43,755 bases of DNA from the sequence record SRR20825006_1817; one strand, given 5' to 3'. The first letter of the stretch is position 1. Each line of letters starts with the position of its first letter. A program made the position numbers and the translations under genes. The notes beneath the pieces were generated by a model, which did no database searches, was not told where the DNA came from, and worked only from the letters and a program-made list of their open reading frames with translations. Positions 28,515-38,802 of this stretch are shown piece by piece.

Positions 28515-29807
28515 ATGACAACAACGATAACATCGGAAAAAAAACAACTGAAACAAGGTATGTTGGACAATGTCATGAGACAGTTCAACAATGCAGCGGA
28601 CATTATTGAACTGAACAATAACATCCGTAAGATCCTTGAAGTGACGAACAACGAGTTCATCGTCCATTTCCCGGTCCGCATGGATAACGGGGAAGTGGAA
28701 ATATTCACAGGATACCGGGTTCAGCACAACAACGCCCTAGGTCCGTATAAAGGGGGGCTTCGTTACCATCCAACCGTGGATATCGATGCTGCACGGGCAT
28801 TGGCGATGTGGATGACGTGGAAGACCTCATTGGCAGGATTGCCCTATGGAGGGGCAAAAGGAGGTATCCAACTGGATCCCACAAAGTATTCGCAGGACGA
28901 ATTGCAACGGATTACCAGAAGGTTCACCTATGCGCTCGGGGACAATATTGGCCCCGAATTGGATATTCCGGCTCCGGATGTGAATACCAATGCCCAGACC
29001 ATGGCTTGGATCTTGGACACGTATATGTCCACCAAATCTCCCAATGAACGTTCAAAGAACCTACATGTGGTCACTGGAAAACCCATAGGGGCAGGAGGCT
29101 CCGAAGGCAGGGATAGGGCGACCGGTTACGGGGTGTTCCTGACCATTAAATTTTGGGCAGAAAACAAAAAGGTCGATCTGAAAAACAAAAGGTTCATTGT
29201 ACAGGGTTTTGGCAATGTGGGCTATTGGGCCGCACACTTTCTGGAAAAGGAGGGGGCAATACTCACAGCGGTACAGGATGCCTATGGAAGCATATATAAC
29301 GAGGATGGCATCTCCACTGAAAGATTATTGGAATATGTACAGGCCAATAAGGGGAGTATCCTTGGCTTTAGTGGTGCAAATACTATGGACAGCGCCGATT
29401 TTTTTAGTTTGGACTGTGATATCTGTATCCCTGCAGCATTGGGAAACCAGATCACTGTTGAAAATGCCCCGAAGATAAAGGCCCGTTTGATCGCTGAAGG
29501 AGCCAATGGACCAACCGATGTAAAGGCCGAGGAAATCCTTTTGAAAAGGGGAGTCGATATCATTCCTGATATTCTCTGTAATTCCGGAGGTGTGATCGGA
29601 AGCTATTTTGAATGGTTGCAAAATCGCAACGGAGAAATATGGCAATTGGATGAAGTGCTGGAAAAATTGGAAAAAAAGATGAGGGAATCCTTTGGCAAAG
29701 TAGTCCATAAGGCGAAATCCAAAAAAGTGGATATGCGCACAGCCGCCTTTATAATAGCCATTGAACGACTTGAGGAAACGTATGTCCAAAGGGGGATTTT
29801 TCCATAA
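28515..29807 (+). CDS. gdhA: Glu/Leu/Phe/Val dehydrogenase, probably glutamate dehydrogenase
   Basis: GPYKGGLR, GGAKGG, DIPAPD, VTGKP, QGFGNVG, EGANGP. Confidence 0.93.
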   Translation: MTTTITSEKKQLKQGMLDNVMRQFNNAADIIELNNNIRKILEVTNNEFIVHFPVRMDNGEVEIFTGYRVQHNNALGPYKGGLRYHPTVDIDAARALAMWMTWKTSLAGLPYGGAKGGIQLDPTKYSQDELQRITRRFTYALGDNIGPELDIPAPDVNTNAQTMAWILDTYMSTKSPNERSKNLHVVTGKPIGAGGSEGRDRATGYGVFLTIKFWAENKKVDLKNKRFIVQGFGNVGYWAAHFLEKEGAILTAVQDAYGSIYNEDGISTERLLEYVQANKGSILGFSGANTMDSADFFSLDCDICIPAALGNQITVENAPKIKARLIAEGANGPTDVKAEEILLKRGVDIIPDILCNSGGVIGSYFEWLQNRNGEIWQLDEVLEKLEKKMRESFGKVVHKAKSKKVDMRTAAFIIAIERLEETYVQRGIFP

Positions 29808-29871
29808 TCCTAATAATCCATTTAGGGTCCTAATTGAAGGTGATGGAGGCTAAAACATAAAACGAAAAATA

Positions 29872-30291
29872 ATGAAATACGGTAGTTTGGTAATTGAAAA
29901 AAAAGAATATGTCCTTTTGAAGCGGTTGATGAACCTATCAGGATACTATAAGGACAATACCCTTAGGAGCTCGGTGAAAAAGCTCGTGGGTGAAATGGAA
30001 ACAGCCCGAATATTGGATGAATCGGAAATGCCGGAGGATGTCATCCGGTTCAATGCCGTGGTGACCATAATTTCCGAAAATGGATGGCACAAAAAATTCA
30101 AATTGGTACTCCCTAGTCGGAGTGATGTGAAAAACAGCCATATTTCAATCCTGACCCCCATGGGAGCAGCGGTCATGGGGTATGCCAAAGGGGATTCCCT
30201 AGTTTGGGAGTTTCCTTCCGGAAACCAAAAATTGACCATTGAAAATGTGGAACAGGAGAATGAACCCATAAACCTAAACATGGTGTTATGA
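29872..30291 (+). CDS. GreA/GreB C-terminal domain protein (Rnk-like), copy 2
   Basis: MPEDVIRFNAVV, ISILTPMGAAVMGY. Confidence 0.88.
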   Translation: MKYGSLVIEKKEYVLLKRLMNLSGYYKDNTLRSSVKKLVGEMETARILDESEMPEDVIRFNAVVTIISENGWHKKFKLVLPSRSDVKNSHISILTPMGAAVMGYAKGDSLVWEFPSGNQKLTIENVEQENEPINLNMVL

Positions 30292-30680
30292 AGCAGGTAA
30301 ACAGACCCTATTTTCATGAGTCCATAAGCCAGATCATAGTTAAAAAGGACAAGTTGGAGATTTCCAATTGGACCGAAGCCATGGAGTTGATCAATAATGA
30401 ATTGCAATATTTGATTCCATTGGAAAAATGCCTATTGGGAAACCCTGCGGTAAACCAAAGTCTCTTGGCCATCCAGCGAGATAACCAACTTCGCTTGGGC
30501 ACCCTGTATCGATACGAAAGGACAATGATAAATGCCATTGAGTGTGATACTACGGAATGTGACGCCTATTATCTCAACACCCATGAGAAAAATAGGGATA
30601 GTTATATGGACCATATCAAGACCTATACCAAGATCAAGGCGATATTGCTTTCAAAAATTTTGGAAAGGTGCCATAGGTAA
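30288..30680 (+). CDS. Hypothetical helical protein
   Basis: ATGA overlap with the upstream gene; ECDTTECDAYYLNTH motif. Confidence 0.75.
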   Translation: MKQVNRPYFHESISQIIVKKDKLEISNWTEAMELINNELQYLIPLEKCLLGNPAVNQSLLAIQRDNQLRLGTLYRYERTMINAIECDTTECDAYYLNTHEKNRDSYMDHIKTYTKIKAILLSKILERCHR

Positions 30681-31434
30681 CCTGGATAATCAATACGTAA
30701 GAACTAAAATTTAAAGAAGAATACAGTTTTTACCCCTTGTTGGTGAAACAGGGAGGGAACGACCAATGCTGCCAATGCCAACGGTTCATTCTGGAAGTAC
30801 CTTGGTCACCCCCCCCAAAAAAAAAAGATCGGTAGTACGTTAGTACAAAAATTTGATAATGTCTGGTTGTAGTTATCTGGGCATAAAAAGTACCGGATTT
30901 TGATTTAAAAAATCATAAAAACAACATAAGTGTTTTTTTCCAATTTATGGAACATATAAATGGTGTTAAAAACAAGGAAAGACTATGAAAATGTGGAATC
31001 TATAAATCTTAACAAGTTATTGTTCTGAATTGTCCTTTTGCTAGGAAATCTGATACCTCATGTGTATTTAAAAAAAAGAGCTTGGTGGGACATATTGGTT
31101 TTAAGTAGCTTCCCTATAATCTTTGGGAAGATAGCGGGATTGGTATAATTACTTACTTATCGCAGACCAATTTATGTTACGATTGGCGCCTCTTTAATGG
31201 AAGCCCTTAAAAGTGGCTTTATAATTTGAATATATTTAGTTGATTGCTAACCAAATCTAAATGTCGTTATTGGAAAGGATTCAAAGCAAATAATGAGTGA
31301 ATTTATATCCTGTCAACTTTTGAGAAGATTATTTTGATAAACCACAACACGGGGATACCTTTACTTTCCGTTAATTAAACCTTAGTTTTATGGAATCTTA
31401 ACCGAATGAAGAATTCATAAACTCCTAGCTCCGC

Positions 31435-31881
31435 ATGGGAATATTTGATTGGAGGAATCCAAAGAATAGAAAGAAAAACAGGACCATTACCGTGGAATGC
31501 AATCCTAATGAAGTACGCATCAATGGTATTGAAATCAGCTTTCCCACCAATTATGGCGAGCTAATTGGTGTTTTAGGCAAGGCTTCACGTATCGAACCCA
31601 TAAAGCAATCCAATAATGAGGTGTATTTATGGGACGAACATGGTATATATTGCTCCACAAATGATCCTGAAAAAATGCTTATGGTATTGTTTGTGGAAGA
31701 CAACAGATACGGTCTGGGACACCAGCCCAAACAAAATTATACCGGAGCTATTTTGATAGATGGGGCTCCAATTGAAACCAATATTGACAATGTGGGTTTG
31801 GATCGACCTTATATGCTTCGTTCCATAATCAAAGATGACAAACAAGTTGCCGTGGCTTTGGGATGGAATCCAAGTGTATAG
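31435..31881 (+). CDS. Hypothetical protein
   Basis: Intact 148-aa ORF with protein-like composition. Confidence 0.7.
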   Translation: MGIFDWRNPKNRKKNRTITVECNPNEVRINGIEISFPTNYGELIGVLGKASRIEPIKQSNNEVYLWDEHGIYCSTNDPEKMLMVLFVEDNRYGLGHQPKQNYTGAILIDGAPIETNIDNVGLDRPYMLRSIIKDDKQVAVALGWNPSV

Positions 31882-31902
31882 ATTTAGGACATGTTCTATT
31901 AC

Positions 31903-31946
31903 ATGACATATGTCAGCTTAATTAACGGTTAATTGGTAAATCTTTG
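31903..31946 (+). promoter_or_regulatory. Fnr-like box ATGAC-ATAT-GTCAG + 22 bp + AATCTTTG, porin promoter
   Basis: Conserved 22-bp spacing. Confidence 0.65.
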
Positions 31947-31972
31947 CAACAGGAAATTAAACTTTTGGAATT

Positions 31973-33256
31973 ATGGCCCATAAAAAAACCTGTATAACCC
32001 TATTTATACTTGTGGCTTTGGCTACCTTGAATATCAAGGCGCAGAGCCTAAGTGTTGATGCGGACCTAAGGGCTCGTTTTGAATATAGGCACGGATTCAA
32101 TAATCTTTTTCCTGATAATGCAGAGCCCGCTGCTTTTGTGAATCAAAGAACACGACTAAATATTGGTTACAATGCTGAAAAACTGCAACTTTTTATAGCG
32201 GTACAAGATGTAAGCATTTGGGGCGATACCCGTCAAATCTTACCCGTAGATGGCAATGATTCCTTTTCTTTGTTCCAGGCCTGGGGGCAACTTCAACTTA
32301 ATGAAAAATGGTCCACTAAGCTAGGGCGGCAAGTTATTTCTTATGATGACGAGCGCATTTTTGGTGGTTTGGATTGGGCCATGCAGGGACGCTTTCACGA
32401 TGCGGCTATAATTAAGTTTACAAAAGAAGATTTAATGCTCGATCTTGGTGGCGCCTTTAGCCAAGAAAGTGAACGCAATGAGGGCAACGACTTCAGCATT
32501 CAAGGTTTTTTCACCTATAAATCGATGCAATATGCTTATTTGAAAAAATCCTGGGAAAAAAGTTCGGCAAGTTTTTTGTTTCTCAATACCGGGTTCCAAA
32601 ATTATACCGGGGTAAATAATGATCAACCGGATGGTGTTTCTTACAGGCAGACAGCGGGATCTTACTTTAAATTTCCTATTAGTGCAGTGAATTTCGTAGG
32701 TAGCGCATACTATCAATTTGGCAAAGCCAATGCCAATACGGATTTAAATGCCTATGATATTGCTTTTGAAGCTACCTACAAACCCAAGGAAATATTGTAT
32801 GGAATTGGATTTGAGTTGCTGAGTGGTACCGATCAAGAAGGGGATACGAAGAATAGATCTTTCTTTCCGCTGTATGGGACCAATCATAAGTTCAATGGCT
32901 TTATGGATTACTTCTACGTGGGTAATCATGCGAATAATGTCGGTCTCAACGACCTATATGCAAAAGTTGTAGTTCCAACCGGGGAAAAATCGAATTTATT
33001 GGTAAAGGGCCATTATTTTGCAGCGAATGCCGACCTAACTGGGGATGCGGACAAATACCTGGGTACCGAGGTTGATTTGGTATATACACAGCAACTCATT
33101 GCCCATGTAAAACTGAATGTGGGTTACTCCCATATGTTCGCTTCAGAAAGCATGGGTCTGATAAAAGGTGGAAGGCCCAATGACAATACGAACAACTGGG
33201 GATGGGTGCAATTGATCATTAATCCCAACCTGTTCAAAACAGTTTTAAACCCCTAA
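31973..33256 (+). CDS. Alginate-export (AlgE-like) family outer membrane porin
   Basis: Signal peptide, RARFEYR, QRTRL, KLGRQ...DERIFG...W, YGTNHKFNG. Confidence 0.85.
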   Translation: MAHKKTCITLFILVALATLNIKAQSLSVDADLRARFEYRHGFNNLFPDNAEPAAFVNQRTRLNIGYNAEKLQLFIAVQDVSIWGDTRQILPVDGNDSFSLFQAWGQLQLNEKWSTKLGRQVISYDDERIFGGLDWAMQGRFHDAAIIKFTKEDLMLDLGGAFSQESERNEGNDFSIQGFFTYKSMQYAYLKKSWEKSSASFLFLNTGFQNYTGVNNDQPDGVSYRQTAGSYFKFPISAVNFVGSAYYQFGKANANTDLNAYDIAFEATYKPKEILYGIGFELLSGTDQEGDTKNRSFFPLYGTNHKFNGFMDYFYVGNHANNVGLNDLYAKVVVPTGEKSNLLVKGHYFAANADLTGDADKYLGTEVDLVYTQQLIAHVKLNVGYSHMFASESMGLIKGGRPNDNTNNWGWVQLIINPNLFKTVLNP

Positions 33257-33448
33257 GGCTATTGGTTTGAATTCCTTCGAATAATAAGGAAGTGGTCACA
33301 AAGAGTGGTTGCGCCTTTATTAATGCTCCAGAGCTATCTAGCTTGTTGTTGTTTTATTTCACTCCATCCTGTTGTGTTTGTCCTATTTTGAAAGAACAGA
33401 TTGTCAGAAAATAGGGTCAATTGGTTTTTTGGAAATTGGCCGTTTCGT

Positions 33449-34394
33449 CTATGGGTTTGCTGTTGGAGGTGTTTGCTTTTTTACCTCGTGCCGCGCACCC
33501 TTTAAAATCTTGAAAACGTGCAATACGGATGGGAAAATGGCATCCATGGATTCCTTGGCACCATTCGTGGAGCCCGGTAAGGCCAGTACAAGCGTGTTCT
33601 TTATAGTTCCGGCAACACTTCTCGAGAGCATGGCATATGGCATACGGTCTTGGCCATATTTACGAATGGCTTCTTCGATACCTGGAATTTTTCGATCTAA
33701 AAGCGGTTGTAAAGCTTCTGGAGTTATATCACGTTGTGATAAGCCGGTTCCACCAGTAAAAATAATTAAATCCATTCCCTCGGTTTGATAGGATTTTGCT
33801 TTTTCCTGGATAATTTCCTTCTCATCGGGAACAATGATATAATCCTTGACATTTACTTCACAGTCCCCAAGTTTTTCCACAATGGCCTTACCAGCATTAT
33901 CTTCCTTCTTGCCTTCAAAAACCGAATCGGAACAAACAATTACGACCGCCTGAATATCACGCTTAAATCGATCTTTAAAACTCGATTTGCCCCCCTTTTT
34001 TTTCAAGTAGTTTTATGGAATTGATCTCAATATCCTTGTCGATGGGCTTTAACATATCATACATGTTCAAAGCTACAACACTGGCACCGTGCATCGCTTC
34101 CACTTCCACTCCCGTTCTATAAATGGTCTTAACAGTGACCAATACTTGGATTTCAAGTCCATTGATCTGGTAATCAATACCCATATATTCAATAGGTAAA
34201 GGGAGGCAATCGGGAAGCAACTCCGATGTTTTTTTTATACCAAGCAAACCAGCGGCCTTGCTCATTGCAAAAACATCGCCTTTGGGTACTGTATGGTTTA
34301 TTATGGCCTCCATGGTTTCTTTCCTGCTTAGTTTTACAATGGCCTGTGCGGTTGCAGTACGCAACGTATTGTTTTTATGTGTGATATCTACCAT
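33449..34394 (-). pseudogene. moaCB: Bifunctional MoaC-MoaB/Mog fusion, frameshifted at an A8G6 run (33990-34003)
   Basis: MVDIT, KGDV, TGVEVEA (MoaC) then TGGTG, RDITPE, LPGS (Mog/MoaB); removing one base restores LLEKKGGKS. Confidence 0.85.
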
Positions 34395-34563
34395 ATCTAT
34401 TTCGTATTTATTTTTTTTGATGGATTGCCCTGGAATTGTTTGGTCCTAAAACGGGCATGTATGATTTAATGACCAAAAATTTCGACCCATAGGTTCCTTT
34501 TTCAGAGATTCGACTGAAACATATTTTTTATCGTGCATTTTGGTCATGCTCAAATTCTGCCGA

Positions 34564-35739
34564 TCAGGGGGTCAGTATGACTTTGACAGGTTCCCCTTGA
34601 GTGATCTGACCGGTATTTTCCGGTAAAAACACCAAAGCATTGGCAATCCCAAAAGACCGTAACATTGACGAGCTTTGTCCACTCAATATTTCGACTCCAT
34701 CAGCTAACACCCTTGCTTTTAAAAACTGAGGCTGATTTCCCTTTGGTATATAATCCTTTAGGATGGGCATGGTAATCCTTTCGAGCTGGGTGACGGATGC
34801 CCCTTCAATTTGTTTGAGCAGGGGGAATACATAAATATAAAAACAACTTAATGCCGCAGCCGGATTGCCGGGGAGTGCAAAAATGGCTGAGGTCTCCTTT
34901 TTTCCAAAAAACAATGGTTTTCCCGGTTTCTGTTTTACCTTATAAAACACTTCCTCGACCTTAATGGCCTTCAGTGCTTTTCCGACATAGTCATAATCGC
35001 CAACGGATATACCCCCCGTAACTAAGGTTATATCGTGGGTTTCCATGGCGTTGAGCAAGGCACTTTTCGTTTTTTCATAGTTATCTTTGACCGATACCGA
35101 GGAAACGTTTTTATAGCCTAACTCGGTTAAAACCGCAGTAAGCATTGCTCCATTGGATTCATATATTTTTCCTTGGGGTAGGGGGTGTCCCGGTGGCACC
35201 AACTCATTACCAGTGATCACTACTGCAACCGATGGCTTTAAATGGACCTTAACGGTTGTAAATCCGAGGCTTGCCAAATACCCGATGTGTGCGCCTTTCA
35301 GAGTTGTGCCCCTTTTTAATGCGATTTCTCCTCTACGAATTTGCTCTCCTTTGGGCCGGATGTTCAAACCTGCTTCTATGGAACCCTCAACGGTAATATA
35401 TCGTTGGTCTTGAATGATTTTTTCCTGCATTATTACCGTATCGGCCGAATCGGGAACGGTAGCACCCGTATAAATACGCACGGCTTCTCCAATTTGTAGT
35501 GATAGGTCCTTGTTATCCCCTGCTTTTATTTCACCGATAACGCTGTACGAGTTGTTTTTGCCAATACGTAACGCATAGCCATCCATTGCGGATTGTCGGA
35601 ACGGGGGCATATCAATCGTTGAGATTATGTCTTCTGCAAGCACAAAACCCAGTGCTTGCGGTAAAGCCACTTCTTGAACAGCTGTTAGCGATGTACCATT
35701 CTTTACGATGAGCTCGAGTGCTTTGTTGACATCAATCAT
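34564..35739 (-). CDS. moeA: Molybdopterin molybdotransferase
   Basis: PPFRQSAMDGYA, TGNEL, TGGISVGDYD, KPGKP, LPGNP. Confidence 0.95.
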   Translation of the reverse strand: MIDVNKALELIVKNGTSLTAVQEVALPQALGFVLAEDIISTIDMPPFRQSAMDGYALRIGKNNSYSVIGEIKAGDNKDLSLQIGEAVRIYTGATVPDSADTVIMQEKIIQDQRYITVEGSIEAGLNIRPKGEQIRRGEIALKRGTTLKGAHIGYLASLGFTTVKVHLKPSVAVVITGNELVPPGHPLPQGKIYESNGAMLTAVLTELGYKNVSSVSVKDNYEKTKSALLNAMETHDITLVTGGISVGDYDYVGKALKAIKVEEVFYKVKQKPGKPLFFGKKETSAIFALPGNPAAALSCFYIYVFPLLKQIEGASVTQLERITMPILKDYIPKGNQPQFLKARVLADGVEILSGQSSSMLRSFGIANALVFLPENTGQITQGEPVKVILTP

Positions 35740-36116
35740 ATTAAACGGGCTTTTCAAGTTTTAGGCGTGCATTATATTCAAATAGGCTAACGGTGTCCTT
35801 GGGGTAAAAATAAATACTTTCAATATTGTTCTGTACGGTGGGAATAAAAAATACAGCTTTACATTTTGATAGGATTGAATCCCATATTTTTTGTTTTAAA
35901 TCAGATGATAAAGGATACATCCCTATTTTATACTCAATCATAAAAACTTTTATTCGTTAAGCAATAAAAATGGCCAGCAAGGGTATCGATGGAACCTAAT
36001 AATAACCTTTAATTTTCTGCTTGGATAGCATTAAACAGATGTGCTTGGAAAACAATAACCTACAAACAATATCAATATCCCAAAACAAATATAATAGGAT
36101 TGGTTTTAAAAAATTG

Positions 36117-36160
36117 CTGACTTTTATCATCGTTTTTTTTCAATTGTGTCCTGATTTTTG
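36117..36160 (+). promoter_or_regulatory. Fnr-like box CTGAC-TTTT-ATCAT + 22 bp + GATTTTTG, nap promoter
   Basis: Conserved 22-bp spacing. Confidence 0.6.
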
Positions 36161-36226
36161 ATATATTGTTAAAACCGTTAACAAGGGATTGACCACAATA
36201 TATTTTCTTAATAAAACCAATACATA

Positions 36227-36463
36227 ATGCCAATAAAAAGCTACTTAGCTCTCGCTATACCTGGGAAAAAGAAGGAATTAATCCATGCTTTACAAGAAAT
36301 GGGGCAATGTGAAGTGGTCCCTGCGGAAAATCAAGATGTGTTGGCACTGGTAACCGATACAGCCAATGAAAAGGAGGACGAATTGCTCAAAGAAAAAATT
36401 GAAGGAATAGTAAGCCTTAAACTATTGTCACTTGTTTCCGGATTCAATGCTCCTCAAAAATAA
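36227..36463 (+). CDS. napD: NapD-like chaperone
   Basis: 78 aa with ferredoxin-like pattern, 2 nt before napA. Confidence 0.7.
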   Translation: MPIKSYLALAIPGKKKELIHALQEMGQCEVVPAENQDVLALVTDTANEKEDELLKEKIEGIVSLKLLSLVSGFNAPQK

Positions 36464-36465
36464 TC

Positions 36466-38799
36466 ATGTCTATGTACAAATCTATAACCAATAGAAGAAG
36501 CTTTATAAAAAAAATGGCAATGCTTTCCGCAATGACAGCAGCAGCTTCGATGTTTCCTGGGATTGTCTTTGCCAGTGAACAGGAAAAGGCTATTCCTGAA
36601 GATGCCAACCTGGATTGGAAAAAAGGTCCCTGTCGTTTTTGTGGTGTGGGTTGCGGTATTCTGGTAGGAACGGAAAATGGAAAGGCTGTTGCGGTAAAAG
36701 GAGATCCAAACTCTTCTGTAAACAAAGGCCTGTTATGTGTGAAAGGATATCACCAGATCATGTGTATCCAATCCAAGGATAGGCTCCAGCATGCCCTGGT
36801 CAAGAAAAATGGACGATATGTAAAAACCCCACTTAGCGAAGCACTTGATATTGTTGCTGACAAGATGAAGGGTACCATTGATACCCATGGCAAGGATGCG
36901 GTGGCGATGTACACTTCTGGGCAATCAACAATCCCAGAAGGCTATGTGGCCTCCAAATTCATGAAGGGAGCTATTGGGACCAATAACTTGGATTGTAATG
37001 CACGCCTTTGCATGGCAAGTGCTGTGACCGGGTTTTTAACCACATTTGGTGCAGATGAACCAATGGGCTGCTATGAAGATATCGACCATGCAGATTATTT
37101 TGTTACTTGGGGCAACAATATGGCAGAAATGCACCCTGTCCTATTCTCTAGAATGCTTGAGCAAAAAGCAACAAGGGGTGCAAAAATCATAGACTTTGCG
37201 ACAAGGACAACACGTTCAAGTACAGCATCGGACAAGTCCATACTATTTGAACCACAAACCGATTTGGCCGTAGCAAACGCCATTTGTTATGAGATCATCA
37301 AAAACAATTGGGTAAATACATCCTTTGTGGAAAAACACTGTAACTTCAGTAAGGGGCTTACCAATATGGGCTATGGGCTTGAGGACAACTACACCTTCAC
37401 GGACAAACCGGAACAGATAGATTTTGAAACCTATAAAGAATTCTTAAAGGATTACAGTCCCGAAAAAGTTTCAAAATATTCCAAAGTATCGGTTAAGGAC
37501 ATTAAGTATTTGGCCGCTATTTATGGCGACCCCAATAAAAAAGTCGTTTCCTATTGGTGTATGGGGATGAACCAACACACGAGGGGTACTTGGATAAACA
37601 ACCTGGTGTATAACATTCATTTGTTGACCGGAAAGATTTCACAACCGGGTAATGGACCATTCTCATTGACGGGCCAACCCTCAGCTTGTGGTACTGCACG
37701 GGAAGTCGGTACCTTTACGCACAAGTTGCCTCACGGTGTTGTTACGAATAAAAAGGATAGGGAAATGGCCGCCAAAATCTGGAAAGTTCCCTATGAACGT
37801 ATTCCCTCAAAACCAACCTACCATGCCACAGAAATGTTCAGGGCGGTGGATAGGGGCGATATTAAATTCATCTGGATACAGGCGACCAACCCTTTGGTAT
37901 CCCTCCCAAAAACAAGCCGTTACCGTCCCGGAATGCAAAAGGATTCTTGTTTTGTCGTGGTGTCGGATGTCTTTCCTACTCCTACTTCCGATGTGGCCGA
38001 TGTTATACTTCCCGCGGCTTGGCATATCGAGAAAAGTGGTCTGTACGGTAACTCTGAACGGAGAACACAACATTGGAATAAAATGGTGGAAGCCCCGGGT
38101 GAGGCCACTGAAGATGCATGGATGTTCATCGAGGTTGCCAGGCGGATGGGTTATGGGGATCTATTCCCTTATAGTAGAGAAAACCACGTAGAGGAAATCT
38201 TTAACGAGTACAGACGGTTCCATGAAGGACCAAAACACGGAATGGCACCTCTAGAGGTACTTAAAAAGGAGTCCGGGGTTATTTGGCCTTATGTAAATGG
38301 AAAATCCACCCAATGGAGATTCAATACCAAATATGACCCTGCCTGTTCCAATGGTGAAGACTTTCATTTTTATGGAAAACCTGATGGTAGGGCAGTCATA
38401 TGGCAACGTCCTTTTGAGGAAGCACCTGAAAAACCGGACCAAGAATATCCTTTTTGGCTCAATACCGGCAGAGTTGTGGAACACTGGCATACTGGCTCCA
38501 TGACACGAAGAATACCTGTTTTGCACCAGGCAATGCCCCATGCATATGTGGAATTTCACCCAGAGGATGCTAAATCTTTGGGAATAAGAAATGGTGAAAA
38601 GGTAAAGGTAACTTCAAAAAGAGGCTCTTGTACATTGCCTGCATCCATAAATGAAAGAGGTCTGCCTACAAAGGGACAGGTCTTTGTACCATTTTTTGAT
38701 GAAAATATGTTGATCAACGACGTAACCTTGGATGCCTTTTGCCCTATTTCAAAAGAACCCGATTATAAGAAGTGCGCTGTTAAGGTCGAAAAAGTATAG
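36466..38799 (+). CDS. napA: Periplasmic nitrate reductase catalytic subunit
   Basis: Tat RRSFIK, PCRFCGVGC, NARLCMASA, MGMNQH, GQPSACGTAREVG, EHWHTGSMT, DYKKCAV. Confidence 0.93.
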   Translation: MSMYKSITNRRSFIKKMAMLSAMTAAASMFPGIVFASEQEKAIPEDANLDWKKGPCRFCGVGCGILVGTENGKAVAVKGDPNSSVNKGLLCVKGYHQIMCIQSKDRLQHALVKKNGRYVKTPLSEALDIVADKMKGTIDTHGKDAVAMYTSGQSTIPEGYVASKFMKGAIGTNNLDCNARLCMASAVTGFLTTFGADEPMGCYEDIDHADYFVTWGNNMAEMHPVLFSRMLEQKATRGAKIIDFATRTTRSSTASDKSILFEPQTDLAVANAICYEIIKNNWVNTSFVEKHCNFSKGLTNMGYGLEDNYTFTDKPEQIDFETYKEFLKDYSPEKVSKYSKVSVKDIKYLAAIYGDPNKKVVSYWCMGMNQHTRGTWINNLVYNIHLLTGKISQPGNGPFSLTGQPSACGTAREVGTFTHKLPHGVVTNKKDREMAAKIWKVPYERIPSKPTYHATEMFRAVDRGDIKFIWIQATNPLVSLPKTSRYRPGMQKDSCFVVVSDVFPTPTSDVADVILPAAWHIEKSGLYGNSERRTQHWNKMVEAPGEATEDAWMFIEVARRMGYGDLFPYSRENHVEEIFNEYRRFHEGPKHGMAPLEVLKKESGVIWPYVNGKSTQWRFNTKYDPACSNGEDFHFYGKPDGRAVIWQRPFEEAPEKPDQEYPFWLNTGRVVEHWHTGSMTRRIPVLHQAMPHAYVEFHPEDAKSLGIRNGEKVKVTSKRGSCTLPASINERGLPTKGQVFVPFFDENMLINDVTLDAFCPISKEPDYKKCAVKVEKV

Positions 38800-38802
38800 A
38801 CG

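Noticed and set aside
33990-34003. Programmed -1 ribosomal frameshift at the A-rich run in moaC-mog
   Set aside because: Restoring the fusion needs a +1 shift, and the His-to-Leu change points to mutation or error rather than recoding
35741-35941. 66-aa minus-strand ORF upstream of moeA
   Set aside because: No recognisable motif, AT-rich, non-ATG start; may be a remnant but cannot be supported
36466-38799. Formate dehydrogenase or assimilatory nitrate reductase identity for the molybdoenzyme
   Set aside because: Tat signal, GQPSACGTAREVG and NapD/NapB-like neighbours indicate NapA; no in-frame TGA
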